Shown here piece after piece: positions 38,258 through 49,200 of a stretch of 52,198 nucleotides of DNA. Below the pieces are notes generated by a model. The model searched no databases, was not told where the DNA came from, and was given only the letters and a program-made list of their open reading frames with translations. Numbering within the stretch: position 1 is the first letter of the stretch; every line of letters begins with the position of its first letter. A program made the translations under genes and the position numbers. Where the stretch lies: NCBI GenBank assembly GCA_947627685.1, contig CANQWZ010000001.1:1-52198 (forward strand), in the 5' to 3' direction. This DNA is from an uncultured Bacilli bacterium (GTDB lineage: Bacteria > Bacillota_I > Bacilli_A > ML615J-28 > CAG-313).

Positions 38258-39424
38258 ATGGAAACACAAAAAATAATTCTTAAAAAAGATGAAGAAAAAA
38301 GAATCATCGAAGGTCATCCTTGGATTTTTTCTAATGAAATTTTAAAATTTGAAGGTAAAATTACTTCTGGTGATCTTTGTTTGGTATATAGTTATGATAA
38401 TAAATTTATTGGTTGTGGCTTTCTTAATACCGCAAGTAAAATTATGGTACGAATGCTTAGTCAAGGCTTAATTAATATCGATGAAGATTTTTTCTATAAT
38501 CGCATCAAAAAAGCTAATGATTTTAGATTGCTTGCAGGATTTAACGATAATTATCGAGTGGTCTTTTCGGAAGCCGATTTATTGCCAGGTTTAATTGTTG
38601 ATAAATATGGTAAGTATTTATCAATTCAAATTTTATCGCTTGGAATGGATAAAAACAAAGATCTCATCGTTAAGGCATTAGTTAAACTATTTAATCCTCA
38701 AGGTATCATGGAACGAAGTGATAGTGATATACGCTTAAAAGAAGGCTTGCTACCTTTTAAAGGCATGATTTATAAACATTTTGATCCCATTGTTACGATT
38801 AAAGAAAACGATATTTTATTAAAAGTTGATTTGGAAAATGGTCAAAAAACGGGTTATTTTTTAGATCAAAAATATAATAGAGCCAATCTAAAAAATTACG
38901 TTAAAGATAAAGTTGTTTTAGACTGCTTTTCCCATACCGGTGGTTTTGCAATGCATGCTTTAAAATATCATGCTAAAAAAGTGGTTGCAATCGACATTAG
39001 CAAAAAAGCATGCAATGATATTTTAGAAAATGCTAAACTTAATAATTTTGATAATATTGAAGTAGTTTGTGATGATGTTTTTAATTACTTAAGAGAAAAT
39101 CAAGATAAACATTTTGATGTCATCATTTTAGATCCGCCAGCTTTTACTAAAAATACTAAGACCATAAAGAAGGCATATAAAGGTTATAAAGAAATTAATT
39201 TAAGTGCTCTTAAAATGTTAAATAGTGGAGGAATTTTATTTACCTTTTCTTGTTCAATGCATATGAAGCCTCTTTTATTTTTAGATATGTTAAAAGAAGC
39301 AAGTATCGATGCTAAAAAAAGCGTACAGTTAATTGACTTTAGAATTCAATCACCAGATCACCCTACTATGATTACGGATGAAGAATCGCTTTATTTAAAA
39401 TGTGCCGTCTTAAGAGTTTTATAA
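38258..39424 (+). CDS. rlmI: PUA-domain rRNA (cytosine-C5) methyltransferase, RlmI-like
   Basis: GHPWIFSNEI (PUA/EEHEE N-terminus), GYFLDQK, LDCFSHTGGFA, ILDPPAF, and a C-terminal catalytic-Cys region. Confidence 0.8.
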   Translation: METQKIILKKDEEKRIIEGHPWIFSNEILKFEGKITSGDLCLVYSYDNKFIGCGFLNTASKIMVRMLSQGLINIDEDFFYNRIKKANDFRLLAGFNDNYRVVFSEADLLPGLIVDKYGKYLSIQILSLGMDKNKDLIVKALVKLFNPQGIMERSDSDIRLKEGLLPFKGMIYKHFDPIVTIKENDILLKVDLENGQKTGYFLDQKYNRANLKNYVKDKVVLDCFSHTGGFAMHALKYHAKKVVAIDISKKACNDILENAKLNNFDNIEVVCDDVFNYLRENQDKHFDVIILDPPAFTKNTKTIKKAYKGYKEINLSALKMLNSGGILFTFSCSMHMKPLLFLDMLKEASIDAKKSVQLIDFRIQSPDHPTMITDEESLYLKCAVLRVL

Positions 39425-39507
39425 AGTAATAAATTATCATTTATAACATATATTACTACTAGATATACCTTTCTTGGTTAAATCAATATCTTTAGGAGCA
39501 TAAAAAG

Positions 39508-40896
39508 ATGAAAATCTTACCAAAAATACATGATTTTCTTTGGGGCGCACCATTAATTGTTTTTATATTGTTTGTAGGAATAGTTCTTAGTATCAAATTA
39601 AAAGGCCTTCAGATAAGAAAATTACCTAAGGCCTTTTCTTTTATGTTACAAAAAGAAACACCCGATGCTAAAAGAGTTAGTAGTTTTGAGGCTTTATGTA
39701 TATCACTTTCAGCCACCCTTGGTACTGGTAATATAACTGGGGTTGCAACGGCCATTACCCTTGGTGGGGTAGGAGCTCTTTTGTGGATGGAAATAGGGGC
39801 TATTTTAGGTATGGTAGTAAAATACGCTGAAAGTTTTTTAGCAATAAAATACCGTTATATTAAAGATGATCTAATCATTGGTGGCCCTTTTATTTATATT
39901 GAAAAAGGGCTTAAGAGAAATGGAAAAAAGTTAGCTATTTCATTTGCTACATTCGGAATGCTTGCTTCCATTCTTGGTATGGGAACTTTCATCCAAATAA
40001 ATGGTATAAGTGATGCCTTTAGAAATATCTTTACGATAGACTTTACGATTAATCTACCATATTTAAATCTTGAAATATCCATATTTCAGTTAATAATAGG
40101 AGCTGTTTTTGCTACGTTATGTGGCTTTGTTTTAATTGGTGGTATTAAAAAAATAAGTAAATTATGTGAGATTCTAGTTCCTTTTATGGCTTTTTTATAT
40201 ATAACTCTTTGTTTAATTATAATAGTATGTAAACTAAATAAAATACCTTATTTTTTGAATGTTTTGATAAGCATGGCTAAAAGTAAAAAGGCCATGATTG
40301 GTGGTATTATAGCATCCTTTAACACTCTTGCAATTAAACAAGGCATAAGTAAGGGTTTATTTTCCAATGAAGCTGGCATGGGAAGTAGTCCTATCGCCGT
40401 AGCAAATGTTAAAGGCCATGATCCCATAAAAGAAGGACTCCTTGGCATGATGTCAACTTTTTTGGGGACAATCGTCATTTGTACTTTAACAGGCCTTGTT
40501 ATTATTTTAACATCTGCTTATCAACAAAAGTTAGAGGGGATATATATTACAGAATACGCTTTTACAAAAGGACTTCCCTTTCCTAGCATTATAACCATGT
40601 TACTTCTTTTGGTTTGTATTACTTGTTTTGCTTTTACAACCATGATAGGATGGCATTTATATGGCATTAAATGTTTAAATTATTTAACTAATAATAACCA
40701 AAGAGTGGCTAAAATATATAATGTTATATATATCATAATGATTTTTATAGGTGCTTTTTTAAAAATTACTTTTATTTGGGACCTAACTGAAATCTTATGT
40801 GCTCTAATGAGTATACCTAATCTTATTGCTATATTATCACTAAGTGATGTTATTAAAGAAGAAACTAATCAATATTTTTTAAAACAAAAAGACTAA
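39508..40896 (+). CDS. alanine/glycine:cation symporter (AGCS family)
   Basis: GTGNITGVATAITLGGVGALLWMEI and SNEAGMGSSPIA motifs. Polytopic, 462 aa. Confidence 0.85.
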   Translation: MKILPKIHDFLWGAPLIVFILFVGIVLSIKLKGLQIRKLPKAFSFMLQKETPDAKRVSSFEALCISLSATLGTGNITGVATAITLGGVGALLWMEIGAILGMVVKYAESFLAIKYRYIKDDLIIGGPFIYIEKGLKRNGKKLAISFATFGMLASILGMGTFIQINGISDAFRNIFTIDFTINLPYLNLEISIFQLIIGAVFATLCGFVLIGGIKKISKLCEILVPFMAFLYITLCLIIIVCKLNKIPYFLNVLISMAKSKKAMIGGIIASFNTLAIKQGISKGLFSNEAGMGSSPIAVANVKGHDPIKEGLLGMMSTFLGTIVICTLTGLVIILTSAYQQKLEGIYITEYAFTKGLPFPSIITMLLLLVCITCFAFTTMIGWHLYGIKCLNYLTNNNQRVAKIYNVIYIIMIFIGAFLKITFIWDLTEILCALMSIPNLIAILSLSDVIKEETNQYFLKQKD

Positions 40897-40925
40897 CCTA
40901 TCTTTTGATAGATTAGTCTTTTTCA
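40886..40925. terminator. bidirectional terminator whose arms contain both convergent stop codons
   Basis: A5-GACTAACCTATC-TTTT-GATAGATTAGTC-T5 (11 of 12 bp). TAA 40894-40896 (+) and TAA 40913-40915 (-) both lie in the stem. Confidence 0.7.
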
Positions 40926-41407
40926 TTTTTACTTTTACTAAGTGATTTATCAAATAAGAAATAAATCAATCTAATGCTCATAATACTAATACTTATCCCA
41001 AAACAACTACCGGTAATGATTCTTCTTATATTAGTACTTTCAATATTAAACAAATACTCAAGTCCACCATCTAATATCATCGGTAAACTTAACAATAAAA
41101 TAACGATGATTAAATAGATAATTTTGTTTTTGTTTATAAAAGCTTTAATTTTTTTAATATTAAAAATAAGAAAACTTAATGAATAAGAAATTAAAATACT
41201 AAAGCAACGCCAACAAAGGGGGAAAACAAAATTACCAATTATAGGGGCACGATCTTTTTGCCTATTACAAAGGGGCACTTTGCCAATTAGGGAAAAAGAA
41301 AATTTTAAATCATTAGGTAAAGTTATTTGTAAAACGATTAAACTAATAATAAAAAGGATATAAAGTATAAATGAACATATAAAAAAGTATTTAGTAAATT
41401 TGTTCAA
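40913..41407 (-). CDS. DUF2085 family membrane protein
   Basis: CNRQKDRAPIIGNFVFPLCWRCFSI motif, four TM helices. TTG start after tAGGTaa. Confidence 0.65.
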   Translation of the reverse strand: MNKFTKYFFICSFILYILFIISLIVLQITLPNDLKFSFSLIGKVPLCNRQKDRAPIIGNFVFPLCWRCFSILISYSLSFLIFNIKKIKAFINKNKIIYLIIVILLLSLPMILDGGLEYLFNIESTNIRRIITGSCFGISISIMSIRLIYFLFDKSLSKSKNEKD

Positions 41408-41420
41408 TTCTTATTACCTA

Positions 41421-41810
41421 CTATTGCATTTGACCTACTAATAAAGAATAATAGAATACCATGCAAATAACAGAACTTACAATGTTAATAAGGAATGATA
41501 CAAGAGCAGGTATACCACAAGATTTAGCTTTCTTAGGGAATTCTTTTCGCCATACAAAGAAAAGAATAAAACCTACGATAGGGAATAAGAATGATAATAT
41601 ACCAAAACCCCAACTTCCAGCGTCTTCTTTTTTTGCTTCAGCGTTAGCATTCATGTTTTGTTGCATAGCTGATTGATCATAGTAAGCATAAGAATCATTA
41701 GTTTGAGTATTGCTAGTAAATTGAACATCGTCTTCTAATTTACTACCACATTCAGGACAATAAGTAACACTATCGTCAAATGTTTTGTTGCAATAAGTAC
41801 ATTTTTTCAT
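41421..41810 (-). CDS. zinc-ribbon protein with C-terminal 2-TM module
   Basis: MKKCTYCNKTF..YCPECGSKL zinc ribbon, a Q/N-rich linker, then GFGILSFLFPIVGFILFFVWRKEFPKKAKSCG. SD GAGGTGA and TGcTATAAT promoter. Confidence 0.7.
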   Translation of the reverse strand: MKKCTYCNKTFDDSVTYCPECGSKLEDDVQFTSNTQTNDSYAYYDQSAMQQNMNANAEAKKEDAGSWGFGILSFLFPIVGFILFFVWRKEFPKKAKSCGIPALVSFLINIVSSVICMVFYYSLLVGQMQ

Positions 41811-41861
41811 AAAAAATCACCTCACAATTCATATTATAGCACATAAATTTCCAAAAAGCAA

Positions 41862-41903
41862 TAAAAAAATAAAAAGCTATTAAAACAAGTTTGTTTTAAT
41901 AGC
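41862..41903 (-). terminator. intrinsic terminator (minus strand)
   Basis: GCTATTAAAAC / GTTTTAATAGC stem (41876-41903), followed on the minus strand by a T-rich run. Confidence 0.7.
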
Positions 41904-41909
41904 CAATAA

Positions 41910-42173
41910 TTATTTTAAACCTGGTTTAAGAACTAAGATGAGAATAAATGCTAAAACGATATAAAATAAACAACTAGCAAGTGCACACCATCCACATACT
42001 TTAGATGCTTTAGGTTTTTTAACTTTCCATACTAGATATAGTACATAACCTAGTGGTGGTAAAATAAAACTTAAAATACCAAAAATAATATCAAAAGCCG
42101 TATTGTTAGTAGTTTTAGTATTATCTAAATTATTATTATTTTCCTCTCTTACTATTTCTTTATTTTCTTCCAT
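41910..42173 (-). CDS. small 2-TM membrane protein, paralogous to the C-terminus of the neighbouring zinc-ribbon protein
   Basis: FGILSFILPPLGYVLYLVWKVKKPKASKVCG aligns with the neighbour's TM module. ATG 42173 lies 6 nt after SD GAGGTG. Confidence 0.6.
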   Translation of the reverse strand: MEENKEIVREENNNNLDNTKTTNNTAFDIIFGILSFILPPLGYVLYLVWKVKKPKASKVCGWCALASCLFYIVLAFILILVLKPGLK

Positions 42174-42314
42174 AATGAACACCTCAATTAAATTATATCA
42201 TATTTTTTAAAAAATGCAAACTATATGAAAAAAGGAATTATAAAATATAAAACATTTGCGCTTTTAAACATTCTAAGGTATAATAGAAATATCTTTAATA
42301 AAGGAATAAAAAAT

Positions 42315-43355
42315 ATGATAAATTTACAAAACGATTATTGTGGCATTGCTCATCCTAAAGTATTAGAAAAACTATTAGCTAATCAAAATGAAACCTATAT
42401 AGGTTATGGGAAAGATGAAAAAACAGCCGAGGCTATTAAACTAATTAAAAATAAATTTAATGCTAAGTCATCTTATATTACTTTTTTGGCGGGTGGTACT
42501 ATTACTAATAAAATAGCTATAGCCCATTTTTTAAAGCCATATGAAGCAGTTATTTGCGCAACAACAGGCCATATAAATGTTCATGAAACAGGAGCCATCG
42601 AAGAGACTGGTCATAAAATTTTAACTATTAATAGTTATGATGGTAAGATTAAAAAAGATGAGATAGTTAAAATATATAATATGCATACCGATGAACACAT
42701 GGTAAAACCTAAGATGGTATATATATCTAATCCTACTGAATATGGGACACTTTATACGCTTTTAGAATTAAAAGGTATATATGAAGTTTGTCAAAAATTA
42801 GGCCTATATTTGTACCTTGATGGTGCAAGGCTTGGCGTTAGTCTAACAGCAGATACTAACGATATATCACCAAGTGATTATGTTTTGTATACGGATGCTT
42901 TTTATATTGGTGGTGTTAAAAACGGTTTGTTAATGGGTGAGGCCCTTGTTATAAATAATAAGGCTTTACAAAAAGATATTCGTTATGCTATTAAACAAAA
43001 TGGGGCTCTTAGTGCGAAAGGTTTTGTTAATGGCCTTCAATTTTGTGCCCTTTTTGAAGATGATTTATTTTTTGAAATTGCAAGGTATATAAATGTGATG
43101 GCATCTTTATTAGTTGAAGGATTAAAAAAATTAAAAGTGTCTTTTTTCATACCTCCACAAACTAATCAAATCTTTATTAATTTGCCCCATAATGTAGTAG
43201 AAAGCCTAAAGACTAAAATCAAGTTTACTATTTGGGAAGAAAACCCTACTTTTTCTATTGTAAGACTAGTTACCCACTATTTACTAAATGAAGATCTTAT
43301 TAATGAGGCATTATTAATGATTGAAGAGGCATTAAAAAATAATGAAAATAGGTAA
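42315..43355 (+). CDS. low-specificity threonine aldolase / beta-eliminating lyase family (PLP)
   Basis: NDYCGIAHPKVL.., GGTITN, YISNPTEYG, YLDGARLG, GGVKNG (PLP lysine). ATG 42315 with SD AAAGGA and an upstream TATAAT is preferred over the track start at 42225. Confidence 0.75.
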   Translation: MINLQNDYCGIAHPKVLEKLLANQNETYIGYGKDEKTAEAIKLIKNKFNAKSSYITFLAGGTITNKIAIAHFLKPYEAVICATTGHINVHETGAIEETGHKILTINSYDGKIKKDEIVKIYNMHTDEHMVKPKMVYISNPTEYGTLYTLLELKGIYEVCQKLGLYLYLDGARLGVSLTADTNDISPSDYVLYTDAFYIGGVKNGLLMGEALVINNKALQKDIRYAIKQNGALSAKGFVNGLQFCALFEDDLFFEIARYINVMASLLVEGLKKLKVSFFIPPQTNQIFINLPHNVVESLKTKIKFTIWEENPTFSIVRLVTHYLLNEDLINEALLMIEEALKNNENR

Positions 43356-44298
43356 TGTAGAGTTAAAAAATAATATTATTTTAGCTCCTATGGCAGGTGT
43401 TTCAACTTCGGCATTTCGCAGTATTTGCTTAGAGTATGGGGCAGGACTTGTCTATAGTGAAATGATTAGTGATAAGGGTTTAGGCTATGACAATCAAAAG
43501 ACTTTAAAAATGATTGAAATAAAAGAAGATGAACATCCCATCGCCATGCAACTTTTTGGCAGTGATTATAAATCAATTACTGAGGCAGCTAAAAAACTTA
43601 TATCATTTAGTAAGATTGATATACTCGATGTTAATATGGGTTGCCCCGTAAATAAAGTAGTTAAAAGTGGGGCTGGTGCAGCTTTATTAAAAGATCCCCT
43701 TAAAATATATGATATCATCAAAGCTCTTAAAGATAATATTAATATTCCTGTAACGATTAAAATTAGAGCAGGTTGGGATCATCAAAGCATAAATTGTGAT
43801 AAAGTAGCTTTACTAGCAAGTAAGGCTGGCGTTGATGCTATTACAATTCATGGTAGAACAAGGTCAGATTTATATAATGGTAAAGTTAGTTTAGATTATA
43901 TTAAGCTAGTAAAAGAAGCATCAAGTGTTCCTGTTATTGGTAATGGTGACATTAAAGATTATGAAAGTGCCACCAAAATGTTTTCCGAGGGCGTTGATGG
44001 CATTATGATTGGTAGAGCTGCTATGGGCAACCCCTTTATTTTTAAAGAGTTAAATGCCCTTTTAAATGGTAAAAATTATCTTTTGCCAACTAAAGAAGAA
44101 GTAATCACAACTTTACTTGATCATGCTAAAAGATTAATGCAAGATAAAGGTGAACATATTGCCATGGTTGAAATGCGTTCGCATGCAGGATGGTATTTAC
44201 GTTTGATTCCCCAAACTAAAGTTTACAAAAAAGCAATTGTTAGTATTAAAACATATCAAGAATTAGAAGCTATATGTATGGCTATTTTAAATAATTAA
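43342..44298 (+). CDS. dusB: tRNA-dihydrouridine synthase
   Basis: LAPMAGVSTSAFR, DVNMGCPV, IHGRTR, GNGDI, MIGRAAMGNPFIF. Confidence 0.92.
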   Translation: MKIGNVELKNNIILAPMAGVSTSAFRSICLEYGAGLVYSEMISDKGLGYDNQKTLKMIEIKEDEHPIAMQLFGSDYKSITEAAKKLISFSKIDILDVNMGCPVNKVVKSGAGAALLKDPLKIYDIIKALKDNINIPVTIKIRAGWDHQSINCDKVALLASKAGVDAITIHGRTRSDLYNGKVSLDYIKLVKEASSVPVIGNGDIKDYESATKMFSEGVDGIMIGRAAMGNPFIFKELNALLNGKNYLLPTKEEVITTLLDHAKRLMQDKGEHIAMVEMRSHAGWYLRLIPQTKVYKKAIVSIKTYQELEAICMAILNN

Positions 44299-44345
44299 GA
44301 CTTAAGTTCGTATCTTAAAGACGAATTTAAGTCTTTTTATTTTTA
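44297..44345 (+). terminator. intrinsic terminator of dusB
   Basis: AAGACTTAAGTTCGT / ACGAATTTAAGTCTT stem (one G-U pair), then TTTTATTTTT. Confidence 0.75.
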
Positions 44346-44417
44346 AAAGGCAAAAACTGACAAAATATATAAAAAATAAATGATACAATAGAAAAGAAAA
44401 AACGAAAGGCGAAGAAA

Positions 44418-44915
44418 ATGAAAAGAACACCCAAGCTATTAATCATATCATATATATCCATCATTACCATTATTTTAGGAATATTAATGTGGTATATAGG
44501 TTATTTAAAAAAAGATGTAACAACTAAAAACATTCTTTTACAAGATGACAAAGTAGTTAGTGAGCATCTAGCCATAAAATTAAATAAAATGGTTCCTGGT
44601 GCTAATAAAAATTATACCATTATCTTAAAGGCACCAACTACTAGTAGTTATGAAGTTAATTTAGCTTTTACTAGTATTAATAATTCTATTTTAAGTAAAT
44701 ACATTAATGTTGAAATCAGTTATCAAGATAGTTTAAAAAAGTATCGTTTATGTGATTTAATAGATGACCTAGAACAAATAAACTACTTGTTAAAACTTAA
44801 GAAAGGGGAAAAAGCCAAAATCACAATTAAATATAATTTACCATATGAAGTAGGTAATGAAATTCAAGGTATGTCAATTGATTTTAATGTTAATTTTAAG
44901 GTTAAAAGGTTATAA
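44418..44915 (+). CDS. N-terminally TM-anchored TasA/camelysin-fold-like protein lacking the SipW-type cleavage motif
   Basis: One TM helix (LLIISYISIITIILGILMWYIGY). ..KMVPGANKNYTIILKA.. and C-terminal EVGNEIQGMSIDFNVNFKV resemble the strand motifs of the two downstream TasA-like proteins. Confidence 0.5.
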   Translation: MKRTPKLLIISYISIITIILGILMWYIGYLKKDVTTKNILLQDDKVVSEHLAIKLNKMVPGANKNYTIILKAPTTSSYEVNLAFTSINNSILSKYINVEISYQDSLKKYRLCDLIDDLEQINYLLKLKKGEKAKITIKYNLPYEVGNEIQGMSIDFNVNFKVKRL

Positions 44916-44917
44916 AA

Positions 44918-45634
44918 ATGAAAAAGATTGTTAACATAGTTTTCAGTGTTATAACTTATCTTTTTTTATTAGTAGCAATCGTTTTGTTAATCTTTTCGAT
45001 AATTGCTAAAAAAGAAAGTGATGATGCTATCAATATTTTTAATCATCAAATCAGAGTAGTTGTTTCAAATTCAATGGCTAAAAGTAATAGTGTTGATGTT
45101 AGCGATTATAAGATTAAAGATATTAAAGTAAAAAGTATGGTTTTAATCGAAACGGTACCTAAAGATCTAGCAAAAAAAAGGGAGTGGTATAGTAATTTAA
45201 AAATAGGTGATGTTTTAACTTTTAAATATGTATATGTAAGGCAAGAAACCATAACACATAGAATAGTTAATATTGAAAATAAAGATGATGGTTACCTCAT
45301 TACTTTAGAAGGTGATAATAAAACAGATAATACTACAACTAGCAAACAAATTATTGATACAACTGATGATGATAGTCCCAATTATATAATTGGTAAAGTT
45401 ATTTATAAAAATTATTTAATGGGCATTATATTATATATTTTAAAACAACCCATTGGTCTTGCTTTAATTATTATTGTTCCGTGCCTCATTATTATTATTT
45501 GGCAAATGATTAAAATTATTAGTACCATATATGGTGCTAAGAAAACAAAGCAAGAAGAAAAAATTGCTTCTTTAGAAGAAAAACTTAAGTTATTAGAGGA
45601 AAAACAAAAAGGAAAGGAGGATAAAAATGCCTAA
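44918..45634 (+). CDS. sipW: signal peptidase I, SipW/archaeal (Ser-His) type
   Basis: N-terminal TM, VVVSNSMAKS (catalytic Ser box), ITHRIVNIE (His box), a second TM, and a charged coiled C-tail. Confidence 0.75.
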   Translation: MKKIVNIVFSVITYLFLLVAIVLLIFSIIAKKESDDAINIFNHQIRVVVSNSMAKSNSVDVSDYKIKDIKVKSMVLIETVPKDLAKKREWYSNLKIGDVLTFKYVYVRQETITHRIVNIENKDDGYLITLEGDNKTDNTTTSKQIIDTTDDDSPNYIIGKVIYKNYLMGIILYILKQPIGLALIIIVPCLIIIIWQMIKIISTIYGAKKTKQEEKIASLEEKLKLLEEKQKGKEDKNA

Positions 45635-46244
45635 AAGAAGACAGATAATTTTATTATCATGTATGACAATTATTGTAAGTTTATTATTAATTGTAGCATC
45701 AACCATGGCCCTATTTACTGATGAAGTAAATGTTACTAATCATTTACAAGCAGGAACTTTAAAAATTACTTTAATTAGAGAAAAATTAGTGGCTAAAGTT
45801 CTTGATGATGGCTTATTAATTGACAAAGAAAATCCCGTCGCAAAAGATTTTACCAATAATACGATAGATAATATTTTTGATATAGAAGCAAGTGATAAAC
45901 TAGTCCCCGGTAGCAAATATGAAGCTTTTATGCGCCTAGAAAATAATAGCGATGTAGCTTATGAATACTATTTAGCAATTATCGTAAAAACAACTGATAC
46001 TAATATTGCAAAAGAGCTCAAAGTAACAATCACCAAAGAAGATGATAGCCCTAAGGTTGCATACTTAAATGGAGGCATTACAATTGGTAGTAAAAGTGAA
46101 CCAATTGGTAGAATTACTAAAGGCGGAAAGCAAAAATTTAGTATTGCGGTAGAATTTGCCGCTTTAGCAGATGATGTAAATAATCTTGCGCAAGCAGAAG
46201 ATATTACTTTTGATGTAGTTGTCTATGCTACACAAGCGATATAA
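45627..46244 (+). CDS. TasA/CalY (camelysin, M73-like) family secreted protein with SipW-dependent signal peptide
   Basis: ..LIVASTMALFTDEVNVTNHLQAGTLKITL.. matches the A-x-F-T-D ... G-T-L pattern. VPGSKYEAFMRLEN. C-terminal NNLAQAEDITFDVVVYATQ. Confidence 0.75.
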   Translation: MPKRRQIILLSCMTIIVSLLLIVASTMALFTDEVNVTNHLQAGTLKITLIREKLVAKVLDDGLLIDKENPVAKDFTNNTIDNIFDIEASDKLVPGSKYEAFMRLENNSDVAYEYYLAIIVKTTDTNIAKELKVTITKEDDSPKVAYLNGGITIGSKSEPIGRITKGGKQKFSIAVEFAALADDVNNLAQAEDITFDVVVYATQAI

Positions 46245-46265
46245 AAAAATTAAAAGGAGAGAAAA

Positions 46266-49200
46266 ATGAAAACAACTAAAAAAATTTTATTGGGTTCAAT
46301 TCTAACAATCTTACTTTGTACAAGTATGATTGTAGGAGCAACATATGCCCTATTTACTAGTGAATCAAAAAATAATGTGGCTATTACTTCTGGTAAAGTT
46401 GAAGTAGTCGCAAATGTTGTAAAAGATTCATTAAAATTATATTCAGGTTCTTTTAATGAAGATCTAAATGATTATGAATATGTTGAACAAAGTGGTCATT
46501 TTGTTAATGGTGGCAGTGCATCTTTTAGTGAAGATGAAAAATTACAACTAAATAATATTGCCCCTTTAGATAAAGTAAGTTTTGATATTGCTTTAACTAA
46601 CAATTCAACTATTGCCATTAAATATCAAGTACAATTATTAATTGAAAATGATACCAAATTATTTGGTGCCTTAAAGGTAACACTAGAAGGTTTAAAACTA
46701 GTTAATAATGGTAAAACTAATATTTCTAAGTGGTCAGATTCTGTTATGGCTGGTCAAAAAATTGATAATTTAAAAGTTACTATCGAACTACCTGAGGGTA
46801 TAAAGAATGATTATCAAAATGAAGCATGTGATATTGCGATTGTAGTTTACGCTGTACAAAGTAATGCTCATACAACCAATCCTGTTGAAACAGATTTAGA
46901 AACTGCTAAGGAAGTATATATATATAACGAAGATGAACTAATAGCTTTTAGAGATCAAGTTAATAGTGGTGATAACTTCAAAAATAAAACCGTTTATTTA
47001 ATGAACGATTTAAATTTAGTAAATGTTGCTAATTGGGAACCTATTGCTAAATCAGGTGCGGAATTTAATGGTACTTTTGATGGTAAAGATTTTACCATTT
47101 ATAATTTAACTGTTAATAAAGAAAACGAAGACTGTGCCGGTTTATTTGGCTTTACGACAAGTGCAAAATTCCAAAATATCCGTTTTAGTAATGTTGATTT
47201 AACCTCAAGATATTACGCAGGAGCACTTGGTGGTAATTTATATACTTCTAGTATTGAAAATGTACATGTTGAAAACATTAAAATTCACACTTCACACTGG
47301 CTTGGTGGTATCGTTGGTAGTATGTATGGTAATATCACCAATTGTACAGTTAAAGCCTTAGAAGGCGTATGTTTACCTAATAAACCAGATGGCGCAAGTT
47401 ATGATAATGGTGATAAAGCCGGTGGTATTATCGGTCAATTACAAGATAGTGGTAGATATAAAATTGAAAACTGTAAAGTAGAAGATTCAACTATTAGTGC
47501 ATATCGTGATTTAGGTGGTTTAGTAGGATGTGGAACAGGTAGTGCTAAAACTTATAAAAATAATGTTATCAAAAACGTCACTTTAACTATTGATCGCACT
47601 AACGATTATGGTAATAAAGAATTTAATGTAGGTGCTGTAGTAGGACGTAATGATAGTAGTTATAATCAAGATGATGTTTTCGAAAAAAATGAAGAAGAAA
47701 ATGTAACTATTAACTATGTAAATTGTGACTTTGCGAAAAACCATGATGAATGGATTGTATCAAGTGCTAAAACACTTAAGACTTTTGCTAGTTTAGTTAA
47801 TAGTGGTACTACTTTTGATAGAGAAAAAGTAAACCTTGCAACAAACATCGATTTAGAAAATGAAGTTTTTGTACCAATTGGTAATTCAGAGCATCCTTTT
47901 AAAGGTAGTTTTGATGGTAAAATGCATACCATTTATAATTTGGTAATATCAGGAAGTTACGCGGAAAACGGCTGGACTACTAAAGAAAACTATGGTCTAT
48001 TTGGTGCTACAAATGGTGCTACAATTAGTAATTTGACGGTTGAAAATGCTAATTTAAGTGCTCTTTCAGACAGTTCAAGTGTAGGAGTTGTAGTAGGTGG
48101 AGCCCATGTTAGTAAACTTGATAACGTTAATATTAAAGGTCATGTTTTAGTAAGTGGTACAAGTTATGTAGGTGGTATTGTTGGAAAAGCATATTGCAAT
48201 ATGGAAAGTTGCCATGCGGACGTTGATGAGACAAGTTTAGTAACAGTTAATTATCAATATGGTGGCGGTATCATTGGTTTTAATGGTGAAGGTAGTTATA
48301 CAATTAGCAATTGTTCTAGTAATATGAATCTTTTAGCAACACCTCTTGGTTATTCGGGTATTGGTGGTATCATCGGTTGTGTTCAATATGGTACAGTAGT
48401 TGATAGTTGTACAGTATTTGATATAACAATCACGATTTCACGCATCTTTAATGAAGAAAAAGATAATGAAGATAATAGTGGTGTTGGTAGTATTGCGGGA
48501 AGATATACGCATAAAGATGGTGACCCCGTTAAAGTAACAATTCAAAATTGTACCGGAAAAGCCACCATTGATAGTAATTGTGTATATCATCATAATGGCT
48601 TAGTTGGTGTCCAAAAAGGCTATAAAGAAGGCACCATTAATGAACCAGGTAATTTAGTCTTAAAAAATAATACTGTAATAGGTGTTTGGAATAAAGTTAG
48701 ATATGATGAAAACGGTAAATTTTATGTTGATGATAGCACATCTTTAGTTGCTTTTAGTGAAGCTACTAATAAAGGCTATTTCAAAAAAGGTGAAGGAAGA
48801 GCCTTAAATGTTTTCATAACAAAAGATATCAATATGCAAAGTGTTGAATCATTTATGCCAATAAGTGCCCAATGGGTTAATTTAGATGGTCAAAATCATA
48901 CCATTTCTAATTTAACTTGTGGCATGGAAACAACTGGCAAAAGTGGCCTTTTTGGGTATGGCGGCGCTGCTGTTATTAAAGATTTAACACTAGAAAATGT
49001 TACTTGCAAGGGTTCACAAGCAGGAGCTTTTATGGGTCATAGTGCCGATGGTGGTGTTTTAGAAAACTGTGCTTTAAAAGGTAGCATCAATATTATTTAT
49101 GAACAAACTAGTGAAACTTATGGTGGTGTGGGAGCCTTTGTTGGTGTAAGTAGTACTGGTAATGATTATCCAAAACCAAGCTTTACGGATCTTAAAATTT

